Assembly (NCBI RefSeq): GCF_001194135.2
Contig: NC_068981.1
Location: 37,369,235-37,433,234, forward strand
DNA: 64,000 nucleotides
DNA from: Octopus bimaculoides
Lineage: Eukaryota
Direction of reading: 5' to 3'
Shown: piece by piece, positions 59,770 to 64,000 of the stretch
How the letters are laid out: each line of letters starts with the position of its first letter
Position numbering within the stretch: position 1 is the stretch's first letter
The notes under the pieces: model-generated
The model's input: the letters and a program-made list of their open reading frames with translations, nothing else
Database searches by the model: none
What the model was told of the DNA's origin: nothing
Program-made: the position numbers and the translations under genes

Positions 59770-59900
59770 ATTTGTTTTTCAGCCATGAACACTTGGGTAC
59801 CATCACACTGTATGCCTACCTTGGGTAAATTTCATTCGTCAAAGCCTGAGATCACCATTAACCCTTATGAGAAAAGCTGAGCTGACAGAAACCATGAAGA
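59770..59900 (+). mobile_element. CORE-type SINE, old copy
   Basis: catcacactgtatgcctaccttgggtaaatttc...gacagaaaccatgaagaagtccatc. Confidence 0.5.
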
Positions 59901-60974
59901 AGTCCATCAGTTGAACTGTACAAATCTCAGCCTCGTTAAATCTTGTCATGCTTATTCTGTTTGGAAATTAATTTAAGCATATGAATATTTGTGGAATATT
60001 CAACCAGTCTAGATGCAAATTCAATCAGTAGATCGTTCACTTGATTGAGTGACTCATTGTTCATACATAGTTCTTGATGGATGAGTTGATCATACTTACA
60101 AATGTAAATACATGATAACTGTAGATAAGCATATGTCTACAGTGTTGAACAACAAACCTGTAAATGAATTACTTATTTCATATCATCACCACTCTCATTG
60201 CTTCAATGTCAACAGTTTCACTTCAAATTGGTTAATTGCCCTGATATTTCAAATTAAAAAAAAATCAGGAAAAATCTGAAAATCAAAATTCCTGACATAA
60301 ATAATTTTATGTATGTGCAAATATTTATACAAAATATATTGCACATGTATTTCTGCATGTCTTCAAATTTAAATACCGATATATATTTATTAATACAATA
60401 TCAAGATATGTTTATGAATATAATTTTGAGTAGCTTTAAATAAATGTTTTTCCACTTTATTTAGCAGTACTAATTACTCTATTCATTTAATTGCAATTAA
60501 CTCAGTTTGAATTTATTTGAATGTGGTGTGTATACATGATTTTGCATGTGTTTACTGATATATATAAGTATGTATATTTATGTATATGCGTGTGTATATA
60601 TTTGTATGCATGTGTGTGAAATATATTTGTTCTGCAAATTATGTTAAGAACATTTCTAATATTTATGTATGAACAAGTCCTCTGATTAGAGTTAGTATAA
60701 AGTCACAATAATTTCTGTTTAAATAAAATGCATGATCTACAATCAAACATTATCCAAGAAAATATGCTTCTAATCCTTCTAATCACTTGTATTGATAAAA
60801 AAAAAATAGTAATAATGTCCCTCAAATTGTGTGTTTCTATTTTGAGAAAGTAAAAAAACACATTGTACAATGTCTGAGATATGCAATGTTTGGAAGGTAA
60901 ATGGATGGTTTTCTTTGGAATAATTTGATCATAGAGCTGCTTATTTGAGAGTGACCTGGAACTATTCAACAACA

Positions 60975-61250
60975 ACATCATCATCATCATCATCATCATC
61001 ATCGTTTAACGTCCGCTTTCCATGCTAGCATGGGTTGGATGATTTGACTGAGGACTGGTGAACCAGATGGCTACACCAGGCTCCAATCTGATTTGGCAGA
61101 GTTTCTACAGCTGGATGTCCTTCCTAACGCCGACCACTCCGAGAATGTAGTGGGTGCTTTTACGTGCCACCGGCAGGAAGGTCAGTCAGGCGGTACTGGC
61201 AACGGCCACACTCAAAATGGTGTATTTTACGTGCCACCTGCACAGGCACA
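60975..61250 (-). mobile_element. (GAT)n-tailed subfamily A retroposon, young-looking
   Basis: (cat)n cgtttaacgtccgctttccatgctagcatgggttgg...ctggatgtccttcctaacgccgaccactccgag...gtgcttttacgtgccaccgg; 1.4 internal 66-bp units. Confidence 0.92.
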
Positions 61251-61574
61251 TAACATACACCAACATCAACAACAAACAAAAATAGCAAGTTTGAAAGTCC
61301 TTAAATATTTAAACATAAAAGAATATACTTCAAACAAATGTTAAAAACTTGTTAGGAAGCACTTAAGAAAGACCTCTGAATGGTTCTTCATAAAATTGTC
61401 ATACAAACTAAAGAGATAGCAAATATACTAGGCATGGGCATCCTTTTTCAAGAAGCAGGCTGTATGAGATATGGTTCATCGTCAGGAAGGCCACACTACT
61501 AAAAAACATTCAAGGTAATTTTTCATTTGGTATGTCATTAAGAAAGTCACAGTGATACTGCTTGCCCATCACTG

Positions 61575-62000
61575 ATCTATGTAGATTTGCTAGAAATGGC
61601 AGTCAAATTGCCATCAAATTTCTTCCTACGGACATAAAAATGGGAAGACATATATTGCTCTTTAGTGTTAAATCATGAAGTCCCAAAAGGATTTTAGTTA
61701 TATATACAATGGACTTCTGCATGGTTTCCATTACGAAATTCCACTCGCAATGTACTTGGTCAACCTGAGAGATTAGTAAAAGACACTAGTACAAAGTGTC
61801 ATAGAGTAGGATAGAACTGAGAATTATATGATTGTACAGAAAGCTTCTTAACCACACATACTTGTTTTCGTCATTGGATAATGTTTGTCTGAAGAAAAAA
61901 AAGACAGAATGGTTACTGATGAAATATCTTTGATCATAGGTCTGATCGATCAGGGATGACCTAAGGGTAAACAACAATAACAACAATAACAATAACCCAT
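61575..62000 (+). mobile_element. (AAC)n-tailed retroposon (two segments)
   Basis: gatttgctagaaatggcagtcaaattgcc... and ggttactgatgaaatatctttgatcataggtctgatcgatcagggatgacctaagggtaaacaacaataac. Confidence 0.7.
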
Positions 62001-62494
62001 ATAACAATCAACCACAAGAAAATTAAAAGAAAAAGACGAAAACTATCAAAGAGAAAATTCTCTGGAATACTAGGTGAGAAATTCAAACTTCCAATATAAT
62101 GTGCGAACAGAAAATATTCTCAAAGGAGTAATTCAGAAATAACTGGTGGACAAAATTGTTCTTAAGATTGTTGGCTAGCTTCAGTCAGTTGCATTTAAGC
62201 AATTACTCTATGTAAGTTGCAGCCAATCGAATAAATATCCATGATCATGAAACATTGTTCAAGTAATAATTATTTAACCTTCTAAGTATTTTATTGAATT
62301 GTTAAATCAACTTGGAACAAACCCAATACCACCCACAGTTTCTTAATAAATCTTAGGCCTGAATCCTTTGCATCAAATCACCCCATCCTTCTCTCTCTCT
62401 CTCTCCTTTCTTTTACTTCTGTGTTTCAGCTCACAAACTACTTAAACTTTATACTAAATAATGATGCAGATGCAGGTATGACTTAGTTATCTTA

Positions 62495-62600
62495 AATTCT
62501 ACTTCTAAATTACGAGCATCCACGTTCAATTTCTCCCTCTATGTGGCACCTTGAACAAGTCTTTTTTATTTTATGTAGCCTCATCATGTTTCAAGTCTTG
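62495..62600 (+). mobile_element. CORE-type SINE, degenerate
   Basis: ccacgttcaatttctccctctatgtggcaccttgaacaagtctttt. Confidence 0.55.
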
Positions 62601-63199
62601 GAAGTGATCTTGTGTAAGCAGAAACTTTGTAGGGGACCCATCCAATGGATTGTGTCCATAACTCAATGGTTCGTCATATATTGTGTTAAGCTGATTTGGT
62701 CTGTGCCACTTACATAATCATTTAATAAGTAGGTGGTCCAGTTGAATCAAACATCTGAATGCTCATTGTTAAAACTGAACTGATGAGGGAGCCTCTATGC
62801 AAGAGTTTGACCTACTAAAAATAACAGCCAAATGTCACTCAAATCATAAAGCAGTGTGAATATACATCTGATGCATTCACTGCAACCCTGGAAAATTTGG
62901 ATCCATGTTGATCCACAACTTTCAAATCAGTCCATGTGCAGCATTTATAGTAGATCTCCAAGCTTTACAGTCTGCTACTGTTGATAGTGTAAATATAGTT
63001 AAAGAAATTTGCCAAATGTAACTGCATTTTTGAAACATTAACTCTTTTTACTGGTTTAATTGGATTATGTGGATATGTGTTGTGGCATAGGAACAGTGCA
63101 AAACATTCTGCCATTTTTAGAAAATTCTAGATACACTGTCTACCTAGCAAAGAACAATGTGGTGATCATCGATTATATTCCTATCTCTTCTTTATTATG

Positions 63200-63340
63200 G
63201 CTGACCTGGGATTAATAATGACAGCAATCATAACAGTTAAATAGTTATCGAATTAATAGAGTTGTTGATGTTTAATCTGGATCTGCCATGATTGAGTTGA
63301 AATATGATAAAAGGCCATCCAGTCATGACCACGCCAACAA
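63200..63340 (-). mobile_element. (AAC)n-tailed retroposon fragment(s)
   Basis: gttgttgatgtttaatctggatctgcc...gataaaaggccatccagtcatgaccacgcc is the reverse complement of the family 3' end. Confidence 0.5.
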
Positions 63341-63459
63341 GTTTTTATGAATTACACATGCCAAGGACAAACAATATCTAGTATGGTCTGCCTTGTTTGA
63401 TGTGGTAACATGTCATGTGCATGAAATTTAGCAACTATTCTTGCAAATCTAGTTTGCAC

Positions 63460-63753
63460 TTATAAACCTCTCTCTTTAAATGATGATCTACATGAATGTG
63501 AATTCGATTGTAAAATACAAACAAAAGTATTATAATAGATATCGGCCTGTGATGATATAAAAGAGATTGAGATATTCTTAGGCATACTGATGTAGAAATT
63601 AACATGGCTGGGAGACAATAGCATCTTTTTGTTTATATTTCTGACTTTATAGAACAAAAAATCTTTTCCCCAATTTTCTACTTTATGATGGCAATCCTTT
63701 GGAATATCTCTTCTATCCACATATTTTCCTCCTAATTGTTTACAATCAGCACT
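63460..63753 (-). CDS. 97-codon stop-free frame, possible exon
   Basis: SADCKQLGGKYVDRRDIPKDCHHKVENWGKDFLFYKVRNINKKMLLSPSHVNFYI...; possible acceptor acaattag and donor CA|GTATGC. Not low complexity; no homologue recognised. Confidence 0.22.
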   Translation of the reverse strand, partial: SADCKQLGGKYVDRRDIPKDCHHKVENWGKDFLFYKVRNINKKMLLSPSHVNFYISMPKNISISFISSQADIYYNTFVCILQSNSHSCRSSFKERGL

Positions 63754-64000
63754 TCAATATGAACATTTAACCTCTCAACATAATCTAGTTATCCAGATCA
63801 TGCAATACTGAGCAGTTCACAAAATAAATACATGGCAAACAGAAGCCTGTTGGCTATGCCCCCTATCTCACGAAGATTAACAGAAAAGAGAAACTCAAGT
63901 ATAAGGGAATACTAAAATTACATCTCCAATTTTTAGGCACATTTTTTCTCCATGACATCAATAAGTCAAAGAGCAGATTTCATGCTTCAGTTACTATAGT

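Overview
AT-rich eukaryotic (non-prokaryotic) DNA, dense in microsatellites, with eight N-gaps (3480-3577, 4887-4896, 7671-7680, 7891-7900, 14422-14893, 18546-18555, 24415-24424, 27063-27161). The SINE families and the (TA)n/(CA)n/(CAT)n load look like a cephalopod, probably Octopus, short-read assembly. That assignment is inferred from recalled repeat sequences, not from a search. Most of the ORF track is microsatellite artefact. All recognisable protein homology is transposon-derived and decayed: an RTE-type LINE reverse-transcriptase fragment (5.0-5.9 kb), two Naiad-type Penelope-like retroelement fragments (RT at 34.9-36.3 kb behind a degenerate minimal hammerhead ribozyme; thumb plus GIY-YIG at 49.5-50.3 kb), and four Tc1/mariner relics including a DD37D (maT) one. 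Non-coding elements include a hAT-type MITE, a Helitron-type element, two Helentron/HINE-like elements and dozens of copies of at least four SINE-like families. No host gene could be named. Several splice-flanked open frames are low-confidence exon candidates, the best being a minus-strand cluster at 8.8-10.1 kb that the ORF track misses. The most unusual unexplained features are a CpG-rich 142-bp rod-like fold-back at 3276-3417, telomeric repeats in telomerase register at a retroposon 5' junction (27975), and a 199-bp palindrome at 54587-54785. No CRISPR array, rRNA or bona fide tRNA gene was seen.
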